DNA of 55,453 bases from a virus (IMGVR_UViG_3300034093_000080:1-55453), one strand, 5' to 3'; positions 1 to 10,479 are shown, counted from the stretch's first letter. The notes: generated by a model not told the origin, from the letters alone. A program made the numbers and translations.

Positions 1-127
1 TGCCTGACGGCACTCCTGTGTCGTACCAACAAGGTGGCGTGCTGTTCCTCCAGCGTTATGTCTACCAAGTATTTGGTTTGGCATTCGCTTTGACCAAAGT
101 TTTGGTTGAGGACGGTGACCACATCCG
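1..127. repeat. Terminal direct repeat (circular assembly overlap), copy 1
   Basis: 1-127 is identical to 55327-55453. The 127-nt length is typical of an assembler k-mer overlap. Confidence 0.95.
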
Positions 128-731
128 CATCGGTCAGGTGTACGCTCGTCACTTGGCTCAGTCATTGATTGAGACCAAAGAGACTTTGTCGGCAAACATT
201 TTGAACCGTGCGTTCAATGCGTCTTACCCCGGCGGCGACGGCGTTGCTCTGAACAGCACCGCTCACCCAATCGTGAACGGTACATTCAGCAACCGCTTGA
301 CCACTGACGCGAACTTGTCTCAGACATCTCTTGAGCAGATGTTGATCCAGATTCGTCAAGCAGTGGACAACAACCAGAAGAAGATTCGTTTGGTGCCCCG
401 CCAGTTGGTGGTGGCCCCCGGCAACGTCTTCCAAGCGGAAGTGTTGTTGAAATCTGTTCTGCGTGCTGGCAATGCCAACAACGACATCAACCCAGTTAAG
501 TCTATCGGCTTGCTGGACGAAGGTGCCGCTGTTATCAGCCGTTTGACTTCAGCCACCGCATGGTGGGTGCAGACAGACGCTCCTGAAGGCATGAAGTTGC
601 TGATGCGTCGCAAGTTGGAGAAGACGATGGAAGGCGATTTTGAAACTGACTCTATGCGCTACAAAGCGACAGAGCGTTACCAAGTCGGCTTTACCGATCC
701 TCGTGCGATGTACGGTACGCCCGGCGTCTAA
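1..731 (+). CDS. Major capsid protein, 3' part (HK97 fold, Mu gpT-like family)
   Basis: GGDGVAL..TAHP, PRQLVVAP and C-terminal DFETDSMRYKATERYQVGFTDPRAMYGTPG motifs typical of this capsid family. Confidence 0.88.
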   Translation, partial: PDGTPVSYQQGGVLFLQRYVYQVFGLAFALTKVLVEDGDHIRIGQVYARHLAQSLIETKETLSANILNRAFNASYPGGDGVALNSTAHPIVNGTFSNRLTTDANLSQTSLEQMLIQIRQAVDNNQKKIRLVPRQLVVAPGNVFQAEVLLKSVLRAGNANNDINPVKSIGLLDEGAAVISRLTSATAWWVQTDAPEGMKLLMRRKLEKTMEGDFETDSMRYKATERYQVGFTDPRAMYGTPGV

Positions 732-737
732 ACCCAA

Positions 738-757
738 GCGGGGGCTTCGGCCCCTGC
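738..757 (+). terminator. C(UUCG)G hairpin after capsid gene (no U-tract; stabiliser or partial terminator)
   Basis: GCGGGGGC-TTCG-GCCCCTGC. Confidence 0.6.
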
Positions 758-776
758 ACTAATAAGGAGCAAGACA

Positions 777-1226
777 ATGGCACAAACCTATTTTGGTTCT
801 ACCCTGCGTGCAGGTTCTGGCACTTTGACTGACACTGTGGATGGCGGCTTCGTCGTCATGTCTCAGACAACCACTGTGACCACTGCCGCCGCAGGCACTG
901 CTACTAGCGCAACTCTGACTCTCCCTGCTTCTTCACAAATCATCAGTTTTTTTGCTGATATGGTTGTGAATGAGGCGGTGGGTGGCGGAACCGCTACAGC
1001 AATTGCAATGACTATTGGCACAGCCGCCGCAGGCACACAATATGTGTCTTCGACTGATGTGTTTGCAGGTGGTCGTATTGCTTTAACTTTTACAGCCGCA
1101 CAGTTGCTTGCAATGAGCGACATTGGTACTAATACCTCTGTTGTTGTTACGCTTGATCCTGATGGCACGATCAGCACAACTCAAGGCGTTATTCGCCTGA
1201 CGGTTGTGTATGCTCAGAAAGTTTAG
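777..1226 (+). CDS. Virion structural protein (head decoration-like)
   Basis: AAGGAG RBS, Thr/Ala/Gly-rich beta-type sequence, directly after the capsid gene. Confidence 0.6.
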   Translation: MAQTYFGSTLRAGSGTLTDTVDGGFVVMSQTTTVTTAAAGTATSATLTLPASSQIISFFADMVVNEAVGGGTATAIAMTIGTAAAGTQYVSSTDVFAGGRIALTFTAAQLLAMSDIGTNTSVVVTLDPDGTISTTQGVIRLTVVYAQKV

Positions 1227-1237
1227 GGGGCACAATC

Positions 1238-2371
1238 ATGGGTCAATTCAAACCAATGGTCAAAATGATGACCACTGAGCCGACCGTTGAGTTAAAACTC
1301 AAAAAGGGCGGTCATGTGAACATGAAAAAAGGCGGTAAAGCCGAGGCTGGTCACAAGAAGATGGCCGATGGTGGTGGTGCTATGGGCGCATTGGCAGGGA
1401 CTCCAGCCTTGATTGGCCGTCCTGCCGTCAACGCACCTGTTCGCGCCCCCGGCAAGCCCTCTATGGCCTCTCGTCGCAAGGCGATGGCCGCAAAGCCTGC
1501 AATGGCAAAGCCTGCAATGCCAATCGGCAATCCTTCGATGCCTTCAACACCAATGAAAAAAGGTGGCGAGTCTAAGGCAACGCACAAGGCTGAGATGTCG
1601 AAGATGAAGGGTCTTGAAAAAGAACTGAAGTCTCACGAGTCCAAGCCTGCCAGCAAGGGCCATAAAGGTCTGAAGTCTGGTGGTATGGCGACTGGCGGCG
1701 TTACCAACGGTCAAGGTGGATACGCCAAAGGCGGCATCATCAACACCGAAGGCCAAGGCGGCGCTTATCGCAACACCAAGATGCACACAGCCAAGCCTGA
1801 TCACTCACCTGCCAAAACTGGCGGCGTGAAAGACGGCAATGGCGGTGGCTATGCTACTGGTGGCGTTGCAAAGGCTAATGGCGGTGGCTACCGTAAAGGT
1901 GGTTCAACAAAAAAAGCCTACGCGACGGGGGGTACTGTTGATTCAGGCAAACCCGTCGCGATGCCCCAAGGTGCTAAAAAGCCTCCAACACCAGTAAGCA
2001 TCAATCGTCTTGCAGGTACATACAAAAGCGGCGGCAAGGTAACTCCTGCTGAAGGCCGCTTGCGTGCAAACTTTAAAGCGGAAAATGCTACGGCCATGAA
2101 ACAGGCCAAGGCTGACACCAATCTGAAGTACAGCAAGTATCAAAAGATGGCTGATGGCGGCAAGCCAGTGGATTTGTCCAAAGGTGCATACGATGCTTCT
2201 AAAAAGCACAGTAGAGAACTAGAAGACGCAATGAATCCACTGAGCATGGTGAAAGAACTTGCAGGTAAAGCGAAGGACTACTTCATGCCCAAGGGTGAAA
2301 GTGTGACCAAGACGAAAGAGTCTGTAACGGTTGCACCATTGCCCAAAAAGCGTGGCGGTGGCGCTTGTTGA
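1238..2371 (+). CDS. Lys/Gly-rich probable internal virion protein with repeated xxxGG motifs
   Basis: About 12 motifs such as MKKGG, MADGG, MATGG, YAKGG, YATGG, YKSGG. Strongly basic. Confidence 0.7.
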   Translation: MGQFKPMVKMMTTEPTVELKLKKGGHVNMKKGGKAEAGHKKMADGGGAMGALAGTPALIGRPAVNAPVRAPGKPSMASRRKAMAAKPAMAKPAMPIGNPSMPSTPMKKGGESKATHKAEMSKMKGLEKELKSHESKPASKGHKGLKSGGMATGGVTNGQGGYAKGGIINTEGQGGAYRNTKMHTAKPDHSPAKTGGVKDGNGGGYATGGVAKANGGGYRKGGSTKKAYATGGTVDSGKPVAMPQGAKKPPTPVSINRLAGTYKSGGKVTPAEGRLRANFKAENATAMKQAKADTNLKYSKYQKMADGGKPVDLSKGAYDASKKHSRELEDAMNPLSMVKELAGKAKDYFMPKGESVTKTKESVTVAPLPKKRGGGAC

Positions 2372-2376
2372 AAACG

Positions 2377-2401
2377 AGTGGGGGCTTCGGCTCCCACTTT
2401 T
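2377..2401 (+). terminator. Rho-independent terminator
   Basis: AGTGGGGGC-TTCG-GCTCCCACT followed by a T-run. Confidence 0.8.
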
Positions 2402-2421
2402 AATTTATTTTGGAGAGCCAC

Positions 2422-3192
2422 ATGGCAACCGTAATTTCATCTATTTCGCGTCAAGGCGCATATGAACCGTTCGAGTTGCAGGTCTCTCGCGGTCAAATTC
2501 AGGGTCATACCCGCACTTGTCCATTTGGCTTTAACACGGCAGTTGGTACTACCGAAGAGACAATTTGGTCTGTTGGCGGCGTTTATTCATTTCCGTCTAC
2601 TGCAACAGTTTTGACTGTAGTCAGTGATGATGCTGATGATGATGGTAGCCCAGTTGGTACTGGCGCGCGCACAGTGGTGATTGAGGGTCTGGATGCAAAC
2701 TATCTGCCCATTACCGAAACTGTGACTATGAACGGCACTACAGCAGTGACGACTACACAGTCATTCTTGCGCGTGAACACAGCATATGTTGCAACAGTAG
2801 GTTCCTCGAATTCCAATGAGGGAACCATCACAATTGCAAACAGCACACCAACGACGCTTGCCGCAATTGCCGCAACTGCTGGTGTAGCAGAGCAGTGCGT
2901 CTACACAGTGCCTGCTGGTTACACAGCGTACATCACCCGTTACATGGTGTCGTCCTATAACGCCACTGCCAATGCAGGTAGCACTGGGAAAATTTATGTT
3001 CGTCCTTACGGCGGCGCTTTTTTACTGGCTACAGTGACTCGCATTCAAGCAATAGGCGCGTTTACTTGTGAGGCTGATTACCCATTCCCAGTCACCGAGA
3101 AGTCTGACATTGACTTTCGCGGTATTGCTTTTCTTGGCTCTTCTAACATGAGCGCCCAATTGCAAATGGTTGTAATCAAAGAAGGCCCTTAA
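2422..3192 (+). CDS. Phage structural protein, hypothetical
   Basis: GGAG RBS before ATG 2422. Beta-rich, located in the late operon. Confidence 0.6.
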   Translation: MATVISSISRQGAYEPFELQVSRGQIQGHTRTCPFGFNTAVGTTEETIWSVGGVYSFPSTATVLTVVSDDADDDGSPVGTGARTVVIEGLDANYLPITETVTMNGTTAVTTTQSFLRVNTAYVATVGSSNSNEGTITIANSTPTTLAAIAATAGVAEQCVYTVPAGYTAYITRYMVSSYNATANAGSTGKIYVRPYGGAFLLATVTRIQAIGAFTCEADYPFPVTEKSDIDFRGIAFLGSSNMSAQLQMVVIKEGP

Positions 3193-3193
3193 T

Positions 3194-3472
3194 ATGCCAA
3201 GCAAATCACCTTCTCAGCATCGTTTAATGGCGGCGGTCGCACATAATCCTGCGTTCGCCAAGAAGGTCGGCATCCCCTCAAAAGTCGGCAAAGAGTTTGC
3301 CAAGGCTGATGAGGGCAAGAAGTTTAAAGGAGGCGGTCTCTATGACAACATCAATGCAAAGCGTGAAAGAATCGCTGAAGGCTCTGGCGAAAAGATGCGC
3401 CGAGTGGGTAGCGAAGGTGCGCCAACGGCTAAAGCCTTCAAACAATCCGCCAGAACAGCCAAAGTAAAATGA
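3194..3472 (+). CDS. Small basic phage protein
   Basis: MPSKSPSQHRLMAAVAHNPAFAKKVGIP N-terminus, a KKFKGGG linker, then GLYDNINAKRERI. Looks like two fused small phage modules. Confidence 0.65.
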   Translation: MPSKSPSQHRLMAAVAHNPAFAKKVGIPSKVGKEFAKADEGKKFKGGGLYDNINAKRERIAEGSGEKMRRVGSEGAPTAKAFKQSARTAKVK

Positions 3473-3723
3473 GCAAAAAAAAAGTTAATTTGGCAGTTGG
3501 TCGCGGAGAAAAGTTGTCCGTTGAAAAAGGTGCTGGATTAACGGCCAAAGGTAGGGCAAAATACAACCGTGAAACTGGGAGCAATTTAAAGGCTCCACAG
3601 CCCAAAGGCGGCGCTCGAAAGGACTCCTTTTGCGCCCGCATGAGTGGCGTTGTAGAACATTCAAAAGGGGACGCACCACGCGCCAAGGCATCGCTAAAGC
3701 GGTGGGACTGCCCCGGCTGGTAA
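3469..3723 (+). CDS. Small basic conserved phage protein (RKxSFCARM...LKRWDC type)
   Basis: GLTAKGRAKYNRETGSNLKAP...RKDSFCARM motif. ATGA overlap with the upstream gene. Confidence 0.7.
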   Translation: MSKKKVNLAVGRGEKLSVEKGAGLTAKGRAKYNRETGSNLKAPQPKGGARKDSFCARMSGVVEHSKGDAPRAKASLKRWDCPGW

Positions 3724-3732
3724 GGAACAAAC

Positions 3733-4794
3733 ATGGCATACTCAGGAACTGTTGGTCAGACAGTCATCAATGTTCAGACATTGATTGATCACGGCGCTCG
3801 ACGCTGTGGGAAACTCGCCGAAGAGTTGACCTCTGAGCAGGTTCTGTCTGCACGCCAATCGCTTTATTTCCTCTTGTCTGATCTAGGCAACCGAGGCATT
3901 CAATTCTGGACAATCACCAAACTAGTGATTGGCCTGACCCCTGACAAGTACATCTACGAACTGCCCAAAGGCTCTATTGACCTCTGGAACACGCTGTATC
4001 GCACGATGAGCCGTCCTAGTGGGTCATACACCACCTCTGCTGGCGGAACCGTTGCAAACGCGTATGACGGCGATGTAGACACCATTTGCACACAGACATC
4101 GACCAACGGCAACATTGCGGTCAATTACGGCGTTTCAAACCCCACCTACATTGGCTCCATTGGCTTTTTGCCTGCGGCCACTGGCACTTTGTCAATCATC
4201 TACGAGTGGTCAGAAGACGGCGTGACATGGTCAACACTTGTTGATCTTGGCGCTGTTGCTGTTGTGGATAACGAGTGGATTTGGACTGACATCAAAGCAG
4301 GTCAGACTGTCCCCTACTATCGTTGCCGCGTCTACAACGGCGGGACGCTTTCTGTTCGCGAGTTGTACTTTGGAAACAATTCGCTTGAGGTGCAGATGTC
4401 TTCACTGAACCGTGACGACTACACCAATCTGCCAAACAAGAATTTCACGGCCAACCAACCGTACCAATATTGGTTCAATCGCCAGATTCCAAAACCAGAA
4501 ATCTACATTTGGCCTGTGCCATCAACTGCTTTTGTGCAGATGGTTTGCTGGTACTCGCGCCAGATTGAGGATGTGGGTGCTTTGACTGACGAGTTGGAAA
4601 TTCCACAGCGTTGGTATGAGGCCGTGCAAATGATGCTGGCTCATAAGATGAGCCTTGAATTGCCTCAAGTTGCGATGGATCGCATTGGTTATCTGGAGAA
4701 GATGGCCGAGAAGCACCTCTACATTGCAGAGCAAGAGGAGCGTGATCGCTCACCAATTTACTGGGCACCGAACATCTCGGTGTACACAGCGTAA
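3733..4794 (+). CDS. Head-tail adaptor / tail tubular-type protein with an inserted discoidin-like domain
   Basis: N-terminal helical ARQSLYFLLSDLGNRGIQFWT and C-terminal YIWPVP...IPQRWYEAV flank a central AYDGDVDT...SEDGVTWSTL...YYRCR insert. Confidence 0.6.
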   Translation: MAYSGTVGQTVINVQTLIDHGARRCGKLAEELTSEQVLSARQSLYFLLSDLGNRGIQFWTITKLVIGLTPDKYIYELPKGSIDLWNTLYRTMSRPSGSYTTSAGGTVANAYDGDVDTICTQTSTNGNIAVNYGVSNPTYIGSIGFLPAATGTLSIIYEWSEDGVTWSTLVDLGAVAVVDNEWIWTDIKAGQTVPYYRCRVYNGGTLSVRELYFGNNSLEVQMSSLNRDDYTNLPNKNFTANQPYQYWFNRQIPKPEIYIWPVPSTAFVQMVCWYSRQIEDVGALTDELEIPQRWYEAVQMMLAHKMSLELPQVAMDRIGYLEKMAEKHLYIAEQEERDRSPIYWAPNISVYTA

Positions 4795-5168
4795 TGCCAA
4801 TCTTTCTCGACACAACAGGACTGACTTCAATTGCAATCGGCGTATGCGACCGATGCAAGATGAAACGCGCCTTTGTGCAATTGGGGCCAGACCCCAACTT
4901 CCCCGGGTTACGGGTGTGCGACCAAGGGTGCAGGGATCAGTTTGACCCCTATCGCCTTGCCGCCCGTAAGACCGAGCGTATCAACCTGCGGTTTCCTCGA
5001 CCTGATGTGCCTATCGGTGCTGGCGACAACTACCTGATGACTGGCAGTCAATCGATGGACGGCACAAGCCAGTTCCAGATTTCGACTGAGCAGAACACAC
5101 AGACGCCAACACAGACGGGCAACAAAGATACGATTGCGCCAAATCCGCCCGACAATACGAGTACATAA
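4794..5168 (+). CDS. Small Cys-rich (CDRC...VC..C) phage morphogenesis protein
   Basis: GVCDRCKMK...LRVCDQGCRDQFDP...PRPD. Confidence 0.65.
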   Translation: MPIFLDTTGLTSIAIGVCDRCKMKRAFVQLGPDPNFPGLRVCDQGCRDQFDPYRLAARKTERINLRFPRPDVPIGAGDNYLMTGSQSMDGTSQFQISTEQNTQTPTQTGNKDTIAPNPPDNTST

Positions 5169-7586
5169 ATGTCAGCACAAGTCGCCATAACCCAACTGCC
5201 AGCCGCTGGTGCCATTACAGGCACTGAAGCGGTTCCTATCGTCCAAAATGGCGTGACCGTGCAAACTACGACGGGGGCGATCTCTGCCTCGCCGTCGCAG
5301 ACCTACACTTACCTGACCGTCGTTCAAACACCTCAGTTGGCAAACAGCCGCTATGTTGGCGTAAGCAATGGACTGTCAATCACTGACGGCGGAGCGCAAG
5401 GACTCTTCAATATCAGCACCACAGGCGCTTTATTGTCTTTGGTGAACTCTGGTACTGGATTCCAAGTAAAAACCTCTTCTACGGCCATTACAGGCCGCTC
5501 TATAGCGGTTACTGGCGTTGGCCTGTCAATTTCCAACGGTGACGGTATATCTGGCAACCCAACCATTGCTTTGGCTGGACAAGTTCTATCGTTGGCAAAT
5601 CTGAGCGCAAATGGCTTGATGACCATCACAACGGGTGGTGTTTTGAACGCTGTGTCAATTGTTGGCACGGCCAATCAAATTGGTGTTGCAAATGGCGATG
5701 GCATTGGTGGCGCTCCAACAATTTCGATTGTTAGCGACGCGACGCTCCCCGGTACGGGTGGCGTGGTTATCCCCAAAGGCACAACTGGTCAACAGCCTGT
5801 AGGCGTCAGCGGCCAGTTCCGCTTTAACACTACGACAAGCCGCTTTGAAGGTTACATCAGTGGCTCTTGGGTGAACATTGGCTCTGGTGATGGTACGGTT
5901 ACCAATGTCAACGGCACAACGAATCAGATTGCTGTTTTAAATGGCACAACAACGCCAATCATCAGTATTTCGCCCAACCCGATAATCCCCGGGACGGCCA
6001 GCATCACCATGCCAATTGGCGCTACCGCCGCACGCCCATCTGGCGTGAATGGTATGTTCCGCTACAACACCGATTTGGCGTTGTTTGAGGGCTTTATTAA
6101 CGGCTCGTGGCAAGTTATTGCCGCTGGCTCTGGCGTAACTTCTATTGCCACAGGTACTGGCTTGACTGGTGGCCCGATCACCTCAACAGGCACAATTTCA
6201 ATTGCAGATACTGCGGTAGTTGCTGGAACATACGGTTCTGCTACGCAAGTCCCTCAATTTACAGTCAACGCTCAAGGCCAACTGACTGCTTCGGCAAATG
6301 TCACTATTAGCATCCCTGCAAGCGCAATCAACACCACCATTCCAAACAGCGGGCTGACAAACAGTTCTGTGACCTTCAATGGTGTGAATGTTGCGTTGGG
6401 TGCCTCTGGAACGATTACCGCAACGGCAACCAACGCACTGACAATTGGGACAGGTTTGACTGGCACTTCGTACAACGGCTCAACTGCCGTGACGATTGCA
6501 ATTGACTCGACTGTTGCCACATTGACTGGTACGCAGACGCTGACAAATAAAACAATCAGCGGTGCAAACAACACATTGAGCAACATTGGCAACGCATCGT
6601 TGACCAACAGCACGATTGTTTTGGGAACAACCACTATTGCATTGGGTGGCACATCATTGACTCCCGCTGGATTGACCAGCGTGACGGTGACTCAAAACCC
6701 AGTTGCGGCGCTTGACTTGGCAACCAAGCAGTATGTGGACACCTTGGTGTCTTCTGGTATCACCTTCCATGCGCCAGTCAAATACGAGGTGCCTTCAGGC
6801 AACCTTAACGCAACCTACAACAACGGCGCTTCTGGTGTTGGCGCTACTTTGACCAATGCAGGTGCTTTGGTTGCGTTTACCCCTGATGGTACGGTTGCTT
6901 CTGTTGCTGACCGCATCTTGATTTACAACCAAACCAACCAAGCCCAAAACGGCGTCTATGTTGTTACAACGGTTGGTGATGGTGCAACCGCATGGGTGTT
7001 GACTCGTGCATCTGATGCTGATACCTACGGACTGAAAAGCCCTAACAGTTTGGGCGAGGGTGATGCGTTCTTCATCACATCAGGAGCCACAGGCGCTGGT
7101 GAGACCTATGTCTGCAACACCGTTGGCGTGATTACCTTTGGCACAACGGCAATTACTTTTGTGCAAATCTCTTCGGCGCAAATTTATTCTGCTGGCACTG
7201 GCTTAACGCTGACAGGCACCCAGTTCAGCATTAGCAACACTGCTGTAACCGCTGGCGCGTATGGTTCTGCTACTCAGGTTGGAACATTCACGGTCAATGC
7301 GCAGGGCCAGTTGACCCTTGCAGGCAACACAACTGTGACCCCTGCGGTGGGTTCTATCACTGGTTTGGGTACTGGTGTTGCAACTGCTTTGGCGGTCAAC
7401 GTAGGTTCTGCTGGCGCTTTTGTGACGTTTGACGGGGCTTTGGGTACACCAAGCAGTGGTACGGTGACCAACTTAACGGGTACTGCATCAATTAACATTA
7501 ACGGAACTGTTGGTGCTACAACGCCTACAACAGGAAACTTTACAACAGTCACTGCCACCACAGGCATCTTCGGAGGAACATTCTAA
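5169..7586 (+). CDS. Long tail fibre / tail structural protein
   Basis: 805 aa, Gly/Thr-rich, with internal repeats (P.GTT..P.G..G.FR.NT twice; GSATQV..FTVNAQGQLT twice), ATKQYVD and LTRASDAD fibre motifs. Confidence 0.8.
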   Translation: MSAQVAITQLPAAGAITGTEAVPIVQNGVTVQTTTGAISASPSQTYTYLTVVQTPQLANSRYVGVSNGLSITDGGAQGLFNISTTGALLSLVNSGTGFQVKTSSTAITGRSIAVTGVGLSISNGDGISGNPTIALAGQVLSLANLSANGLMTITTGGVLNAVSIVGTANQIGVANGDGIGGAPTISIVSDATLPGTGGVVIPKGTTGQQPVGVSGQFRFNTTTSRFEGYISGSWVNIGSGDGTVTNVNGTTNQIAVLNGTTTPIISISPNPIIPGTASITMPIGATAARPSGVNGMFRYNTDLALFEGFINGSWQVIAAGSGVTSIATGTGLTGGPITSTGTISIADTAVVAGTYGSATQVPQFTVNAQGQLTASANVTISIPASAINTTIPNSGLTNSSVTFNGVNVALGASGTITATATNALTIGTGLTGTSYNGSTAVTIAIDSTVATLTGTQTLTNKTISGANNTLSNIGNASLTNSTIVLGTTTIALGGTSLTPAGLTSVTVTQNPVAALDLATKQYVDTLVSSGITFHAPVKYEVPSGNLNATYNNGASGVGATLTNAGALVAFTPDGTVASVADRILIYNQTNQAQNGVYVVTTVGDGATAWVLTRASDADTYGLKSPNSLGEGDAFFITSGATGAGETYVCNTVGVITFGTTAITFVQISSAQIYSAGTGLTLTGTQFSISNTAVTAGAYGSATQVGTFTVNAQGQLTLAGNTTVTPAVGSITGLGTGVATALAVNVGSAGAFVTFDGALGTPSSGTVTNLTGTASININGTVGATTPTTGNFTTVTATTGIFGGTF

Positions 7587-9463
7587 TGGCACAAGCAGGC
7601 TTCACGCCCATATCTCTCTACTACAGCACCACAGCGGCGGCTGTTCCTTCGTCTGGCAATTTAGTCGCTGGTGAGTTGGCACTCAACACAGTTGATGAAA
7701 AACTGTACTTCAAGAACTCCGCAGGTACGGTAAAGTTGTTGGCATCAAATGCCACTTCTGCGCCAGTTTTATCATTCCAAACCTCTTTGGGCGGCTTAAC
7801 ACCATCGACTGCCACGACTGGCGTAGTGACGCTTGCAGGCACATTAAATACAACCTCTGGCGGTACTGGTCTGACATCATTCACAGCGGGTGATGTTCCC
7901 TACTATGCGTCTGGTTCAGTGTTGTCCAAACTTGCAATTGGCACAGCGGGTCAATTCCTAACCTCTACTGGTACTGCACCCCAGTGGTCTACATTGTCTG
8001 GCGTGGCTGTTACTACGCTGTCTTTTGGAACAACAGGTTTAACTCCGTCAACTGCAACTTCAGGTGCAATTACTGTTGCGGGAACGCTTGTTGTAGGTAA
8101 TGGCGGTACAGGTCTTACAACGCTAACTGCCAACTATATTCCATACGGCAATGGAACTTCTGCTTTTGCTAATTCCAGTATTTTCCAATTTAACGGAACA
8201 AATTTTGGTGTTGGTGCGGCTCCAATTTCTACCGTCAGGCAATATATTAGAGGGTCTGGCGCAACAAGTGCCACTTGGTCTTTATATATAGACAATTCAA
8301 CCCCAGCAAATATTTTTTCTGTTCGGGATGATGGTAATGTAGGTATAGGCTTAAGTTCGGCGTCGTTTAAATTACAAACATCGGGCGCACAAAATGCCAA
8401 CGATATTGTAATTACCAACTCGACAACTGGTGCTTCATTGCGTATGCAAATGATTGACGCATATGCCGCACTTTTTACCACTACAAGTTATCCAATAACT
8501 TTGGGTACTAACAATACGGAAAGACTCAGAATAGATACGTCGGGCAATGTAGGTATTGGTCTTACAAGTCCCGCTTCTAAACTTGATGTGACTTCAGCGT
8601 ATGTTGACCCCAATGCCACAGCACATGGAACTGTTGAATTTAATAGCAATACAAGTTTTGCAATAAACTTAGGCGGTTCAATTTCTCTTGGTGGTGCTTA
8701 TACAGGTACTTCTACTACACAGTATGGTTCTATCTTAGGCGCTAAAGAAAATGGCACAGATGGTAACTATGCAGGATACCTTTCATTTCAAACTCGTCCA
8801 AACGGTTCTATTAGCGTAGAACGAGCCAGAATAGACTCTAGCGGTCGATTCATTATTCAAAATGGCCCTGCTAGTACTTCTACAAGTTCCGTCAAAGGTG
8901 TACAAATATATTTTGATGCAACAAACAATCAAGGCTATATTTATTCAACAGAATCAGGCGTTGCAAACTACCCATTAAACATAAACGCAAGCACGATGGC
9001 GTTAGGGTCAACTGTTACAACTTTTGTAATTAGTGGCACAGAACGTGCTCGTATGCAAGCAGGTTTCTCAGTAGGCACAACATCAGACCCCGGCGCTGGT
9101 GCAATTTACGCAACAGGCAACATCACTGCGTTCTTCTCTGACAAACGACTCAAAACTGTCAGCGGCAAGATTGAGAATGCTTTGGATAAAGTGGCTAAGT
9201 TGTCTGGTGTGTACTACACATTCAACGACACAGCCAAGTCGTTTGGTTACGACAGCGATGAAGAGCAAGTCGGTGTGATCGCCCAAGAAGTTGAAGCAGT
9301 GTTGCCACAGATTGTCAAAGCCGCACCATTTGACTTGGATGAAAACAACAACAGCAAGTCAGGCGAGAACTACAAAACAGTTCAGTACGAACGCCTTGTC
9401 CCCTTGCTGATTGAAGCCATCAACGAACTGCAAGCCAAGGTTAAGGCTTTGGAGGCTAAGTAA
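7586..9463 (+). CDS. Tail fibre with C-terminal intramolecular chaperone (peptidase S74)
   Basis: GELALN..D.KLYFK N-terminus, ERLRIDTSGNVGIG repeats, SDKRLK autocleavage motif, GVIAQEVEAVLP, terminal coiled coil. Confidence 0.88.
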   Translation: MAQAGFTPISLYYSTTAAAVPSSGNLVAGELALNTVDEKLYFKNSAGTVKLLASNATSAPVLSFQTSLGGLTPSTATTGVVTLAGTLNTTSGGTGLTSFTAGDVPYYASGSVLSKLAIGTAGQFLTSTGTAPQWSTLSGVAVTTLSFGTTGLTPSTATSGAITVAGTLVVGNGGTGLTTLTANYIPYGNGTSAFANSSIFQFNGTNFGVGAAPISTVRQYIRGSGATSATWSLYIDNSTPANIFSVRDDGNVGIGLSSASFKLQTSGAQNANDIVITNSTTGASLRMQMIDAYAALFTTTSYPITLGTNNTERLRIDTSGNVGIGLTSPASKLDVTSAYVDPNATAHGTVEFNSNTSFAINLGGSISLGGAYTGTSTTQYGSILGAKENGTDGNYAGYLSFQTRPNGSISVERARIDSSGRFIIQNGPASTSTSSVKGVQIYFDATNNQGYIYSTESGVANYPLNINASTMALGSTVTTFVISGTERARMQAGFSVGTTSDPGAGAIYATGNITAFFSDKRLKTVSGKIENALDKVAKLSGVYYTFNDTAKSFGYDSDEEQVGVIAQEVEAVLPQIVKAAPFDLDENNNSKSGENYKTVQYERLVPLLIEAINELQAKVKALEAK

Positions 9464-10479
9464 TGGCACTACCATCATCAGGCCCACTCACATTTGCCGA
9501 CATCCAAACTGAGTTTGGTGGCTCAAACCCTATTGGTTTAAATGAATACTATGCGGGAGGCGGTCTAGTTCCTGCTGGAACTACTGGAACCTATGGCGCT
9601 GTGCCAAGCAGTGGGGCAATTTCAGTCCAAAATTTCTACGGCACATCTGCCGCAACCGTAACTCCAAATGTTGAATATCTTGTTGTTGCTGGAGGCGGTG
9701 GCGGTGGCTCACGAATTGGCGCTGGAGGTGGTGCTGGAGGATACAGAACTGCTACAGGATTTGCTGTTGCATCTGGTACAGCCATTACGGTAACTGTTGG
9801 CGCGGGTGGTGCGTCGGTTACATCAATCCCCGGTCTTGCTGGTAACAACGGAAATAATTCTGTATTTTCTACAATAACATCCACTGCTGGCGGTGGCGGC
9901 GGTGCGTATGTTAGTGCTGGCAATGCTGGAGTCGCAGGTAAAAACGGCGGTTCTGGTGGTGGTGGTTCATACTCTGGAAATGGAGGATCATCAGCCGCAG
10001 GCACTGGAACAAGTGGACAAGGTAATGCAGGTGGCGTAGGTAGTTCAGGCAACACAGCAGGTGGCGGCGGTGGCGGCGCAAGTGCTGTTGGCGGCGCGGC
10101 AAGTGCTAATGGCGGCGCTGGAGGCGCGGGTACCGCTTCTTCTATTACTGGAACTTCAGTAACTTATGCTGGCGGTGGTGGCGGCTCAACTGACCAAGGT
10201 TCTGCGGGTGCTGGTGGAGCAGGTGGCGGCGGTGCTGGCTCAATAGGTTCTTCTGATGCAACAAATGGCACAGCAAACACAGGCGGCGGCGGTGGCGGCG
10301 CTAGAAATAATTCTGACACTAGCGATGTTGTTTCAGGTACTGGTGGTTCTGGTGTTGTGATTATTCGTTACTCTAGCACCTATATAGCCGCGACTGCAAC
10401 AACTGGTTCGCCAACAATCACAGTTGATGGGGGCTATCGCATCTACAGATGGACTGGCTCTGGCTCCATTACTTTCTGA
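9463..10479 (+). CDS. Glycine-rich tail-fibre tip / adhesin-like protein
   Basis: MALPSSGPLTFADIQTEFGG N-terminus, VEYLVVAGGGGG, poly-Gly repeats, GGSGVVIIRY. Confidence 0.75.
   Translation: MALPSSGPLTFADIQTEFGGSNPIGLNEYYAGGGLVPAGTTGTYGAVPSSGAISVQNFYGTSAATVTPNVEYLVVAGGGGGGSRIGAGGGAGGYRTATGFAVASGTAITVTVGAGGASVTSIPGLAGNNGNNSVFSTITSTAGGGGGAYVSAGNAGVAGKNGGSGGGGSYSGNGGSSAAGTGTSGQGNAGGVGSSGNTAGGGGGGASAVGGAASANGGAGGAGTASSITGTSVTYAGGGGGSTDQGSAGAGGAGGGGAGSIGSSDATNGTANTGGGGGGARNNSDTSDVVSGTGGSGVVIIRYSSTYIAATATTGSPTITVDGGYRIYRWTGSGSITF

Noticed and set aside
1-127. 127-bp terminal repeat as a biological direct terminal repeat
   Set aside because: It falls in the middle of the capsid gene and has a typical k-mer length, so it is an assembly circularisation overlap rather than a physical genome end.
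18-731. 237-aa ORF as a complete or truncated (pseudo)gene
   Set aside because: It is the 3' part of the capsid gene that starts at 55143 and reads in frame across the join.
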